A stretch of 64,000 nt of DNA from Paraspadella gotoi (Eukaryota; Animalia; Chaetognatha): NCBI GenBank assembly GCA_051294375.1, contig CM119270.1, positions 21,810,370 to 21,874,369 on the forward strand, in the 5' to 3' direction. Within the stretch, counting starts at the first letter, position 1; every line of letters starts with the position of its first letter. The notes under the pieces were generated by a model. That model had not been told where the DNA came from. It searched no databases and worked only from the letters and a program-made list of their open reading frames with translations. A program made the position numbers and the translations under genes. Positions 21,186-33,076 of the stretch are shown piece after piece.

Positions 21186-22045
21186 GAACCCGAAAGAAGG
21201 AGAATGACAGGCTGAAGAGAAATTGATGACAAGAGGAAGGAGAAGACGGAGGAGCGACGCCAAAAAATGGAAATGACATGGAAGGCGGGCCTCTCTCTTC
21301 TCTCCTCTGCGTCTCTCTCTCTCTCTACTCTCTCTCTCTCTCTCTCTCTCTTCTCTTCTCTCTCTCTCTCGTCATCTTTTGCGAGCAAGATGAAAATTTA
21401 ATGAAGACAAGAAAAAAAAAAGAGGAAGAAAAAATGTTCAACTTTAAAAATAGAAGTGATTTTCACGAAGTTCANNNNNNNNNNNNNNNNNNNNNNNNNC
21501 TCCTGTCATCATTTTTTGGCGATCGCTCCTCCGTCTTTCTCCTTCCTCTGTCATCAATTTCCTCAGCCTGTCATTCTCCTTCTTTCAGGAGAATGACAGG
21601 CTGAGGGAAATTGATGACAGAGAAAGCGAGAAAGACCGGAGNNNNNNNNNNNNNNNNNNNNNNNNNNNNNNNNNNNNNNNNNNNNNNNNNNNNNNNNNNN
21701 NNNNNNNNNNNNNNNNNNNNNNNNNNNNNNNNNNNNNNNNNNNNNNNNNNNNNNNNNNNNNNNNNNNNNNNNNNNNNNNNNNNNNNNNNNNNNNNNNNNN
21801 NNNNNNNNNNNNNNNNNNNNNNNNNNNNNNNNNNNNNNNNNNNNNNNNNNNNNNNNNNNNNNNNNNNNNNNNNNNNNNNNNNNNNNNNNNNNNNNNNNNN
21901 NNNNNNNNNNNNNNNNNNNNNNNNNNNNNNNNNNNNNNNNNNNNNNNNNNNNNNNNNNNNNNNNNNNNNNNNNNNNNNNNNNNNNNNNNNNNNNNNNNNN
22001 NNNNNNNNNNNNNNNNNNNNNNNNNNNNNNNNNNNNNNNNNNNAG

Positions 22046-23037
22046 CCACCCTTCTTTCGATATCCCCCTGTCATTTTATCAACTCTGTCATCCAATGTCA
22101 TTGTCATTATCAACATCATTTTGTCATCGTCATTTTTGTCATTCCCATTTTCTTCTTCGACTAAAACTCCAGGTTTTTTCATGATCACCAATCACCTTCA
22201 CCAAGCATTTATTTTTGCTTGTCGCCCAAGCAAGCCAATCAGCCTTCCGTCTTATCCATCTTTCACCAATCATACTCACCGACCCTCACAAGGTCATTCA
22301 AGGTCATTCAACCGCCGCTAATCACTTTTCACAATTCACAGCCCGCGTTCTGCTCACACGTCGCTAATCACCTGCTCCCTTTGGGGGAATCCTGTCAATC
22401 ACCGAACCCATCGAGAGTGAGACACGCCCACTTTTCGTCGTCGTCGTCGTCATCGTCGTTCGTCGTAGTCGCCTTCACCCACTGCGTCCTTTCTCTCATC
22501 AAACTCATTTGCATAAGTTCGTCATCGAGAGAGGGCGCTCTCTGATGGGTGATCGTGGAGCCTTTTCATAAGGAATGGGTGGCGCATGATGTAGAATGGG
22601 TGGTCTTTGATGGTGTGTGATTAAAAAGTAAGATGAAGGTTAGTACTACAAATTTTAATAACCTTCATTTAACTTTTCAAGCTCTAACAGAATCCGTTAA
22701 AAAAAATAAAATTTATTAATAAAATTGTTTTATTATATAATATAATATAAAATAGTTTCTATGCATTTAACTATAAATAAAATCTTAATTTTTTTTAATT
22801 TTCACATAGATAAACACATTAACAATATTTATACCGGACTTCTGTGAGTTTGTAACCTGTTCCGCCTTAATATATATGCGACAGCATTATGTCGCATTTT
22901 TGAATCAATAAAAAAATGTAGGATAAAGAATATTGAGAAGCATTTTACGGTTTAAATAATTTTAAAATAGAAACAGAACTATCCCTCGAGCCATTGCCGA
23001 CACTTGGATCTGCTCCATTTTTATCTTCCGGAAATCA

Positions 23038-23068
<31 letters not shown>

Positions 23069-23125
23069 TTTGTCGTTTTGACGGCAGGTGGACATTCCGA
23101 CCGTCCACGCCGCGGATGATGATGA

Positions 23126-23184
<59 letters not shown>

Positions 23185-23841
23185 TTGGCTCGTTGCGTCA
23201 AACTAAATCTCGTAATCATTTGTCTTTTTCGTTGTAGAAAAGATTCATTGGCGTCGTCGTCGCCATCATCGTCGTCGTTTTCGTCATCGTCGTCGTCGTT
23301 CGTAATCGTCGTCGTTTGTCGTCGTCATCGTCATCGCTGTTATCATGGTCCCTTTTCCCGTCGCCTATATTGAAAGGTTTTTCTCTTATTGTTTATCATT
23401 GTTATGTCACCATTAGATGTCATCATTTATTCATTCACGATCACGAATCGCGAATCACAGAAGGGTCTGTCTCTTTGTCCCTCTGTCCGGCTGTCCTATT
23501 TGAGATTAATTCATTTTTAGGATCAAATTATGGTAACAAAAAAAGATCTTGATTTTTGTTGAAAGTTTTTCTTTATCGTTTTTTACGTATTTGTAAATTT
23601 GGCACAATCAATATAAAAATTATCTATTCTTTTAATACATAGGCTATCTTGCCCCTGCACCTTGGACAGGCCATATGATCATTTGTCAAATTTTCATGAA
23701 ATTTCAAGAAGAAAAAAAAAATTCAAGTGTCATCAACAAATTCGATTCCTTTTTTGTTTGAAAAAAAAAATTTGAATAAGAAAAACTTCACAGGATTTTA
23801 ATTTGGTTAAGAGGGCGGAGAGGAGGGGGCGTGGTAGTACG

Positions 23842-23902
<61 letters not shown>

Positions 23903-23919
23903 GCTCACCCTCGTTTACG
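22046..23919. repeat. Right arm of inverted duplication (partner 18021-19930)
   Basis: Reverse complement of the left arm. Begins directly at an N gap. Confidence 0.92.
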
Positions 23920-23967
23920 GTCTCAACAATAGAAAAAGCCTTTCGTTCCAATTATTATTATTCTCCG

Positions 23968-23980
23968 GTTGCTAGGCAAC
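23968..23980. promoter_or_regulatory. RFX X-box (GTTGCTAGGCAAC)
   Basis: Exact match to the 13-bp X-box form. Lies upstream of a CT-rich tract and an exon ending AAG|GTGAGT at 24265. Confidence 0.55.
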
Positions 23981-24618
23981 GCGACGTTCCGAAAGACTCT
24001 TTAAAAGGAAGGCGGAAAATGACTCTCTACTTCATCTTTTCCCTCTTCTTCTCTCCCTCTCTCCCCCTCTCCCTCTCCCCCTCACTTCCTCTCCCCCTCT
24101 CTCCCTCTCTCCCTCTCTCCCTCTCCTTCTCATATTCGAACAAAAGGCGAACGAATGGCGCCGACGCTTTGTCTCCCCGGATGTAGGAGGATGAAGAGGA
24201 GGGAGAGGAGGAAGAGGAGGAGGAAGAGGAAGACCCTTGGACAAAAGGGAGAAGGTGATGATAAGGTGAGTTTTATGGCGGTAAGGTCAAGAGAAGTGGT
24301 CATAGCAGGTGGGATAATGGAGGTAAGGGACGAGAGAGAACATCAGGAAATGATGTTAAGGATGACCTCTTATGGATGTCAGGTAAAAAATATTTTAATA
24401 TACATTATATAATATTATATAATATTATACCACTCCATTGATATGGAATAAACGAGACTGGGAAAGAGTTTTGAGTTGAAGCTCGTAGGGTTTTACTACG
24501 ATAGAGGCTTAACACACCATAGCAAGTCCATAGTCGGGGTAAAGATAGCTCATTTATTAAATAAATCGATAATTTTTATATTAGTTGTACTCAATTTCAT
24601 ACGATATATTATAATCAG

Positions 24619-24889
24619 GCAATCCAGGAGCAGTCCTATTAGGAGCAGGTCTTCTCGGAGCAGGCCTTCTAAAAGCAGGCTTTTGAGGAGCAGGGAATCT
24701 AGGAGCGGTCATTTTAGGAGCAGGCCCTCTAAGAGCAGGCCTTCTAGGAGCAGGCCTTTTAGGACCAGGCCTTCAATGAGCGAGCAGTTCTTCCAGAACC
24801 AGACAATACGCTCGAGTGGTCGACTTAACTGGGGCTCAAGCAAATGGAGGGGCGGAACGCGAAATGGCATAAAGAGACCGAGAAGATAA
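24619..24889 (+). CDS. Candidate exon encoding Arg/Ser-rich basic peptide (15-bp repeat, SRSRP units)
   Basis: Acceptor ATCAG|. About 10 degenerate AGGAGCAGGCCTTCT units, with only the RS frame open on +. Could be spliced to the donor at 24265. Confidence 0.25.
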
Positions 24890-24898
24890 TGGAGTCTT

Positions 24899-25761
24899 TA
24901 CCGGCGCCGTTTATGTCACGTGACTTCAATACCGGCGCCGTTTAAGTCACGTGATCTTAATACCGGAGCCATTTAAGTCACGTGACTTCAATACCGGAGC
25001 CGTTTATGTCACGTGACTTCAATACCGGCGCCGTTTATGTCACATGATCTCAATACCGGAGCCATTTAAGTTACGTGACTTCAATACCGGCGCCGTTTAT
25101 GTCACATGACCTCAATACCGGTGCCGTTTATGTCACATGATCTCAATACCGGAGCCATTTAAGTCACGTGACTTCAATACCGGCGCCGTTTATGTCACGT
25201 GACCTCAATACCGGTGCCGTTTATGTCACGTGACTTCAGTATCGGCGCCGTTTATGTCACATGATCTCAATACCGAAGCCATTTAAGTCACGTGACTTCA
25301 ATACCGGCGCCGTTTATGTCACGTGACCTCAATACCGGAGCCGTTTAAGTCACGTGACTTCAATACCGGCGCCGTTTATGTCACGTGACCTCAATACCGG
25401 AGCCGTTTAAGTCACGTGACTTCAATACCGGCGCCGTTTATGTCACGTGACCTCAATACCGGAGTCGTTTAAGTCACGTGACTTCAATACCGGCGCCGTT
25501 TATGTCACGTGACCTCAATACCGGAGCCGTTTATGTCACGTGACCTCAATACCGGAGCTGTTTAAGTCACGTGACTTCAATACCGGAGCCGTTTAAGTCA
25601 CGTGACTTCAATACCGGCGCCGTTTATGTCACGTGACCTCAATACCGGAGCCGTTTATGTCACGTGACCTCAATACCGGAGCCGTTTAAGTCACGTGACT
25701 TCAATACCGGCGCCGTTTATGTCACGTGACCTCAATACCGGCGTCGCCCAAGTCACGTGAC
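24899..25761. repeat. 31-bp tandem array x28 (AATACCGGCGCCGTTTATGTCACGTGACTTC) with palindromic GTCACGTGAC
   Basis: First and last GTCACGTGAC are at 24915 and 25752, exactly 27 periods of 31 nt apart. Confidence 0.95.
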
Positions 25762-26299
25762 ATAAAAAAAACCCGCGCCGATTTCTCCTTTTGTGTTCCG
25801 CGTCTATTTTTCCGAGGAGGACGACGACGACGACGACGACAACGACGACGACGACGACGACAATCACCACTTCAACAATCGCTCAAACAACAAACGTTTT
25901 CTTGACCGACGCATTTTTTTCCTTCATTTTTTTTTCATTTTTCCTCCTTTTTTTCTCCCTTTTTTTTCTCTCCTTTTTTCCTTTTTTCTTTTTTTCCTCT
26001 GTTCTTCTTTTGTTCTCCTTTGTTCTCTTTTTCTTTCTTTTTTTCTTTCCTCCTTTTTTTTCTTTTTTTCCCCTTTTTTTTTCTTTATTTATAATCTTCC
26101 TTCTTTTCTGTATTTTTCCTTTTCCTATTTTTCCCCGTTTGTCCTTCATTCCCTCTCGGTCTCTCACATCGCATTGACGTATCTCATCACTGCATTTAAG
26201 GTGATTCGGTGATTTCTCCCCGAGTCTATGATCCGATTCCATCAGGTTCCATTCGGTTCCACTTGATTCCATCCTTTGATTTTCTAGATCTTTTGCAAT

Positions 26300-26518
26300 G
26301 ACCGAATGGGTCCCTTTTGTTTTTGTCTTTTATTACAAATTTCTATTAAGAATAATCAATGGTTAGGGGATTTACGGTTCAGAGTTAAGGTTGAACTATT
26401 ATGGATAGCGATAAAAATAAGGCTTGGAATGAGGGTTAGGTTTTAGTTTTAAGATTTAGTAAAAATTAAATTAAGTGATTCAGGAACAAAAATTGGGTAT
26501 TTTCGAAAAATAAAGCCC
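26300..26518 (-). mobile_element. Degenerate third copy of MITE with telomere-like core
   Basis: GGTTAGGG-like core, ending in TIR-like GGGTATTTTCGAAAAATAAAGCCC. Confidence 0.4.
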
Positions 26519-26669
26519 AAATTTCTATATTAAAATAAGGATTAAAATTTGGCGAAGATTCGACCTTCGGATCAAGGAGGAGGAGGAGGAGAAGGAGGAG
26601 GAGGAGGAGGAGGAGAAGAAAGAAATGGGATCCATTGAATTACGAGCGAAATGCCGCCGGTCAAGAACG

Positions 26670-27630
26670 GGGGGGAAGAATGAGAAGAGGGAGAGAGAGA
26701 GGAAGAAATAGAGGGAAGAATGAGAGAGGAGAGGAGAGAGAGAGAGGAAAATAGAGGGGAAGAATGAGAGAGAGAGGGAGAGAGAGAGAGAAGAAATAGA
26801 GGGAGATGAGAGGGAGGGGAGAGAGAGGAAGAAATAGAGGGAAGAATGAGAGGAGAGGGAAGAGGGAGAGGAAGAAATAGAAGGGAAGAATGAGAGGGAG
26901 AGGGAGAGAGAGAGAGGAAGAAATAGAGGGAAGAATGAGAGGGAGGAGGGGAGAAAGAGAGAGAGAGAAGAATAGAGGGGAAGAATGAGAGAGAGGGAGA
27001 GAGAGAGGAAGAAATAGAGAGGAAGAATGAGAGGGAGAGGGAGAGAGAGAGGAAAGAAATAGAGGGAATAATGATAGAGAGAGGAAGAGGAGAGAGAGAG
27101 AGAAGAAATAGAGGGGAAGAATGAGAGGGAGAGGAGAGAGAGAGGAAGAAATAGAGGGGAAGAATGAGAGAGGAGAGGGAGAGGGAGAGAGAGAGAGACA
27201 GAAATAGGGGAGGAAGAATGAGAGAGAGGAGAGAGAGAAGGTAGAAATAGAGGAAGAATGAGAGGGAGAGGTAGAGAGAGAGGAGAAATAGAGGAAGAAT
27301 GAGAAGAAAAAGGGAAAGAGAAAGGAAGAAATAGATTTGAAGAATGAGAGGGAGAGGGAGAGAGAGAGGAAGAAATAAAGGGGAATGAATGAGAGGGAGA
27401 GGGAGAGAAAACAAATATGATGGGAGAAGGACAGAGGGAGAAAAGTTAAAGAGGGAGGGAGAGATAAAGATAGCGGAAAAAAGCGGACAAAGGCGGACAA
27501 AAGCGTACAAAGGCGGACAGAAGCAGAATAAGGCGGACAAAGGCAGACTAGAGCGGAAAAAGTAGACAAAGGCGGACAAAGGCGGACAAAGGCAGACTAA
27601 AGCGGACAAAAGTAGACAAAGGCGGACAAA
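26670..27630. repeat. Polypurine degenerate ~40-bp repeat followed by 10-bp AAAGGCGGAC repeat
   Basis: GAAGAAATAGAGGGGAAGAATGAGAG recurs. The 10-bp units lie at ~27480-27630. Confidence 0.85.
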
Positions 27631-27929
27631 GGGTCGAAGTGGGAATGGACAAGGGAGATTTCGACATTACGGGTGGGGTGAGTAAGTAAGCGAGAGCGCA
27701 GTTGGTTCGGGTAGGTAAGGTTAATTTGGCCAGCGGTTAACTGGAGGTCGGTATATGCTTTAAGGGTAAGGTGAAGGGTAGGTCGGTCGATGCTTTAGGA
27801 TAAGGAAGGAGTCGGAAGAAAAGAGAGAAATCCTTGAACAGAAGACGACGACGACGACGACGACGATGACGACGATGACGACGACGACGAAAGACTCCAT
27901 ATCCATTTTTGGTCGACGCCTCTGGGAGA

Positions 27930-28120
27930 GAGAAAGATGGAAAGAAAGAGGTAGAAGAGATGGAGAAATGGAAAAAAAGATGGAAAGAAAGATGTAGAAG
28001 AGATGGAGAAATGGAAAGAAAGATGGAAAGAAAGATGTAGAAGAGATGGAGAAATAGAAAGATAGATGGAAAGAAAGATATAGAAGAGATGGAGAAATGG
28101 AAAGAAAGATGGAAAGAAAT
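27930..28120. repeat. ~40-bp purine-rich tandem repeat
   Basis: GAAAGATGGAAAGAAAGATGTAGAAGAGATGGAGAAATG occurs 4-5 times. Confidence 0.8.
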
Positions 28121-28424
28121 TGGGAAAAATTGAAAGAAAGAAAATATAATATAACGGAAAGAAGGTATATGAATGAGCAGGAATTGGAATAGATGAAAGT
28201 ATGAAAAAATGAAAGGGGAGGTAGAATAAGGAAATGTAAAGACGAAGCGAGGAAGGGATTAAAAAGGAAAGTAAGAATGAAAAAGGATGAAGAAAAAAGA
28301 GAGAATAAGGAGCTAAAAAAGCTTTTAAATAATATTTACGGTTGGATATTTTTTTGATGTTTATGCGGGAAAAAATTTTGGGGCGATAAACATCAATTAT
28401 GTAGACGTTTTTGTCGCGGAGCGT

Positions 28425-28477
<53 letters not shown>

Positions 28478-28539
28478 TGCAACGTCGTCTTTTTCATTGT
28501 CATTTTCACTATAGACATTTAAAACGTCAGTGTCGTTCT

Positions 28540-28865
28540 CGGCTCTTTCTTCCGAGAGTGTCCAATTTCTGTTCGTTTATCCTAGAATTTAATTTTAATT
28601 AAATATATTTATTTTATTTAAATATATTCTTAAACTGATAAATTAATCCTTTACCCTAATCCCTAAATACTAATCTTTACTTTTTAATCCTGACCTTTAA
28701 CCCTTACCTTAATCACAAACCAAGACCCTCACTTTAATCTCTAACCTAATCCCAAACTTAATCCCTTACCTTAATCTTTAACCTACTTTTTTGTAACTAA
28801 AAATAACTTAAAATGGGGCATTCTGGAAAAATAAGATAAAATTGGGCGTTCTGGAAAACTATGGC
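28540..28865 (+). mobile_element. MITE-like element with imperfect ~24-bp TIRs and degenerate (TAACCC)-like core
   Basis: Colinear with the reverse complement of 30455-30734. Ends GGCTCTTTCTTCCGAGAGTG and GGGCATTCTGGAAAAATAAG. Confidence 0.6.
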
Positions 28866-29004
28866 TCCATTCTCATTCTTTGTCATCATTACAATTAAAC
28901 AAAAAGAATGATTTAATAATTTAATTCTTGTTATCGTTTAAACGTTAATTTCATAAAACAAGATACCAATTGCGCAAACAATTAATCTTGGCTAATTTTT
29001 TTTA

Positions 29005-29450
29005 ATCTAATTTGCATAAATAAGTTGAGATCCCTTAATCGCTAAACTCACTTCTGATCTAATTTGCATAGAACTTTCAAGATTCCCTTCAATCACTATA
29101 ATCTAATTTGCATAATCCAGTTTCCTTCATTTTTTTCAACTTTTGCATTTGAATTTGTTCGATTCTTTCGTGAAGACGACGTACAATAAACAATTTAATA
29201 AGTCACGAAATAGATAAATTGTGTGATTAAACAATGTCTCTTTCACAACAGTTTTAAAGATTGATACCAGGAGGAGTTTAAAATATGGAAAATGGTGAAA
29301 GGCATAAAACTAATTTACATATTACAATTAAAAGGTATTCGATAATTTTATTATATAAAATATGTTTTCTCTTTCTCCGTTTTTCCTTTACAACTTTCAC
29401 TCTCACTGTCTGATGAAAGAAGACAAAATGTATATAAACTCATTTGCATA
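29005..29450. promoter_or_regulatory. Cluster of four octamer (ATTTGCAT) motifs
   Basis: Sites at 29010, 29062, 29106 (all within ATCTAATTTGCATA) and 29442. Confidence 0.4.
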
Positions 29451-29866
29451 TTACAGTCCAGAGTTATTCTCTAATAATATAACATAAAATATTTTTTCTC
29501 TTAATCCAGTTTCCTCTCTACTTCTTCCATTCTTTCTTGATTTATTCTTCTTTTATATTTTCTTCCTTCCATGATTTATTTATCTTCTTTTCTTCATTTT
29601 CCCTTCATTTCTTCTTCATTATCATAACCCCGATTTGACCTTTCCTTGTTGGGCCTAGAATTTGGGAGAGAGAGAGAGAGAGAGAGGCCGCCCCCCCCTT
29701 AAGACCCTCCCTCTCTTCCCTTCCCGACCCCGCTGGTTCCATGAATGACCCTCTCTTTGCATTTCTCCATCCCCACATATGCGTCCAAATTATTCCCAGC
29801 AGGGCCCCTTCGTTGCCTCAGAACGACCCTTCTTTACCCTCTTATCTCTGCCTCTTATTTTCTTCC

Positions 29867-29879
29867 GTTGCCTAGCAAC
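29867..29879. promoter_or_regulatory. RFX X-box (GTTGCCTAGCAAC)
   Basis: Exact reverse complement of the X-box at 23968, in unrelated flanks. Confidence 0.5.
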
Positions 29880-29887
29880 GGATCGCT

Positions 29888-29944
<57 letters not shown>

Positions 29945-30454
29945 TCTATTTCAGCCACTTTCTCGAATTTTTCACGATTCTTAAGCCTTTGTCAATATTT
30001 TATTACGACATTATTATTACTTATTTCGAGCTTATCGTTTCGTTGCGTTAGAAATTAGACTTAAGTCAAATTGTTTATTTTTTTACAGACAATGAACTTG
30101 TTTTTTTAAAGATTGAAATTAAAAACAAATTCGTTGTCTGTAAACAAAATAAATAATTTCACCCAAGACTAATTCGTATTACATATTACAGAAGATACTA
30201 TTATCCTAATTAATAATATCTTTTCGTTTTACCTTCCTCAAATTTTTAAAATATTTTATTTTTCTTTTTCATTTTATTCCTTTTCATGTAAAAAACTTCA
30301 TTCCCCTGAAAGAAAATATCCCCTAGTATAATGTTTATACTCTCACTAAGTCTCCACGTTGCTAAGCGAGAAAGCTATCTACATATTTGTAGCAATATCA
30401 GTATTAATATGAGTCTTCCTCCGCAATTTTACGTCTCGGACAAACAACCCTTTT

Positions 30455-30734
30455 CGGCCTTATTTTCCCAGAACGACCCATGTTATATTAAATTTTAAGT
30501 TTTTTTCTTAATTAGGTTAAAGATTAAGGTTAAAGATTAGGTTTGGGATTAGGATAGTGATTAAGCTTAGGGACTTGGTTTAGGATTAGGGTTAAAGGTT
30601 TGGGTTAAAAATTAGGAAAACGGGTTTAGGGTTAGGGATTGATTTGTAAGTTTAAAAATATATTTAATTTAAAGAATAAAATTAAATTTTAGGTTAATCA
30701 AATGTAAATGGGGCACTCTGGGAAAAGAAAGCCC
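30455..30734 (-). mobile_element. MITE-like element, second copy
   Basis: TIRs GGCCTTATTTTCCCAGAACGACCC and GGGGCACTCTGGGAAAAGAAAGCCC, with a TTAGGG-like core. Confidence 0.65.
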
Positions 30735-31131
30735 ATTACCTCTTTCCCTCTAATGTCCCCTTTTCCATAAAGGTGACCCTTTTCCTTACTCGATGTTCCC
30801 CTTCCCTCCTGGACATACCCTTTTTCCCTAGATGTCCCTTTTTCCCAAAAGGAGTCCCCAATAGACCCCTTAAATGACCCCCCATCCCCCGGATGTAACC
30901 CCCTTCCCCCTTTGGAATTCCTCCCCCAATGCAAAACAAGGCAAATGAGGTGAAGGTCGAGGAGGAGGAGGAGGAGGAGGAGGAGGAAGCGATAATTCAT
31001 GTTGATTCCTTTTCTTATTCTTTTAGATTTTGGAGGCAAAAGTCGAAGAAGACGAAGTCTAAGGACACGACGGTTGGAGGCGGACTTGGGTTATAAATCT
31101 AAATCTAAGTATAAATCCAAATCTAAATCAT

Positions 31132-31410
31132 GTAGATAAGGCGCTTAGTGGGCTCAGGACTACTATCCGTATCTTCTCTGATCAGCAATGGAACGGATCC
31201 TGGGCTTGTAACCCGGCTTGAGGGTTTTCCAGGACCCACAAGACGTTTTACGGCCGTTCTCACGCTTCCGGCAGGGTAGGTACCAATGGGGATCGATCCG
31301 GGTACCTGAGGGTTATCATCTGATGGTATTACTCAAGAAACTACCGGGTGACGACTGAAGGTGTCATGCTTATAGGCGGGGTTAACATATTCCAATGCCC
31401 GACTACAATC
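31132..31410 (-). mobile_element. tRNA(Met)-like SINE-type element, short form
   Basis: Colinear with 4472-4710 and with both ends of 61915-62434. Confidence 0.7.
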
Positions 31411-31491
31411 TTTCTCTAATTCCACTAAATCCTAATCTAATGTAAGTTTAAATCAAACTATCACTGATTCTTACTTATTTTTAGAATGAAT

Positions 31492-31996
31492 GGATAATTT
31501 TATAATGGTGTACCAATTTTTTAACATTTTCATATTTTTCATGCGATAACGAAAGAATGAACAAAATACAAAATACAAAATACTCGATTAAATATCAATG
31601 TACGACAACATCTACTTAATAATGTCAGTCTAGAAATAACGACTTAAATCTGTCTGGAAATGTCCGCCAGAAGATCGTTGCTTGCAAAAAGTGGGGGGTA
31701 AGAGAATTGATTGCTGGCGATTAGTGGTTTTTAATGTCCAAAGAGAATTCCACAGATTTCAAGACAGCGCGAATATTAATGCTCTATCTCTTTCTCTCNN
31801 NNNNNNNNNNNNNNNNNNNNNNNNNNNNNNNNNNNNNNNNNNNNNNNNNNNNNNNNNNNNNNNNNNNNNNNNNNNNNNNNNNNNNNNNNNNNNNNNNNNN
31901 NNNNNNNNNNNNNNNNNNNNNNNNNNNNNNNNNNNNNNNNNNNNNNNNNNNNNNNNNNNNNNNNNNNNNNNNNNNNNNNNNNNNNNNNNNNNNNNN

Positions 31997-32030
<34 letters not shown>

Positions 32031-33042
32031 AAAAAAGGAGAATGTGAGACGATCAAAGAAATTCTGGTGTATTTTGTCGCCTGAGTCAATATTCATCGTA
32101 CAAACCAACGAATTTTCTTTTTCTCTTTCTTTTTTCTAATTCCCTCTTCCTTTTTCCCTTTTATTTCTTTCCCTTTTTTCCTTTCTTTTCCTTTTTTCAT
32201 TTCTTTTTTTTCTCTTCTTTGCCTTCATACCTCTCTTTCCCTTCACACCCTTTTATCTTTTCTTTCTATCTCTCTTTTCTCTCCTTTCTTTCATTCAATT
32301 TTTTGTCTCTCTCTCTTCCTTTTTCTCTTTGGCTTCCTTTCTTTCTCTCCTTTCATTCATTCCTTTTTTTGTCTCTCTCTCTTCCTTTTTCTCTTTGCCT
32401 TCCTTTCTTTTTTTCCTTTCTTTCTCTTCTTTCCTTTCTTTCCCAAATTGAAGAAGAAAAGATCTTCTTATCAGATTTGGTTTCTTCATTTCTCCTCCGA
32501 CGTCGAATCTGAAAAAAAAAATAATGGAATTTAATTGAAAAAAAATTTAACATTTTTTGTTTTGTTTATTTAATACAAAATAGTTTAATCCTAATCCTGT
32601 GTTTCGTCCCCCTCTTTTCTGTTTCTTGTCTTATTATCTTTTTTTAGTTCCCGCTCTCTCGTCTCTCGTCTCTCTCTCTCCTCTCTCTCTCTTCTCTCTC
32701 CCTCTCTCTCTCTCTTCTCGTCTCTCTCTCTTTTCTCTCTCTCTCTCCTCTGTTTCTTACTCCTAAATCTCATCTGTTGTCCTCTAACCTAAGTTTCGCT
32801 GTTTCCACTTCCATAATTTTTATGTTCTCTATCCACCGTCTTGTTTTTCTATCCACGATCCTCGTTATTTTCTGTCCACCGTCCTTTGTTTTCTATCCCT
32901 ATTTCACCAATCTTGTCCCCTTTTTTCACTCGGGCATCGAGATTTTCGCTTTTAACCGGATTGTTCCTTCGACCTAGTATTGACAGAATCGTAGGTTTCA
33001 CTTCTATCGCGACTTTCTCTCCTCTCTCTCTCTCTCTCTTCG

Positions 33043-33076
<34 letters not shown>

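Noticed and set aside
19711-21388. Multiple overlapping 100-270 aa ORFs (GGIP/WEES/RDSS repeats)
   Set aside because: Products of a 16-17-bp minisatellite that is open in all frames, with a unit length that is not a multiple of 3.
24619-24780. TAA/TAG at regular positions in an xEQAF repeat frame, suggesting stop-codon reassignment
   Set aside because: The Gln-rich 579-codon hnRNP M CDS and the H2A.Z exons contain no in-frame TAA/TAG, so the standard code fits.
24899-25761. CRISPR-like regular 31-bp periodicity with palindrome
   Set aside because: Units are contiguous with no unique spacers, there are no cas genes, and the context is eukaryotic.
28650-28790. Telomere or chromosome-fusion relic (also 30510-30640)
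   Set aside because: The repeats are highly degenerate and lie inside TIR-bounded MITE-like copies.
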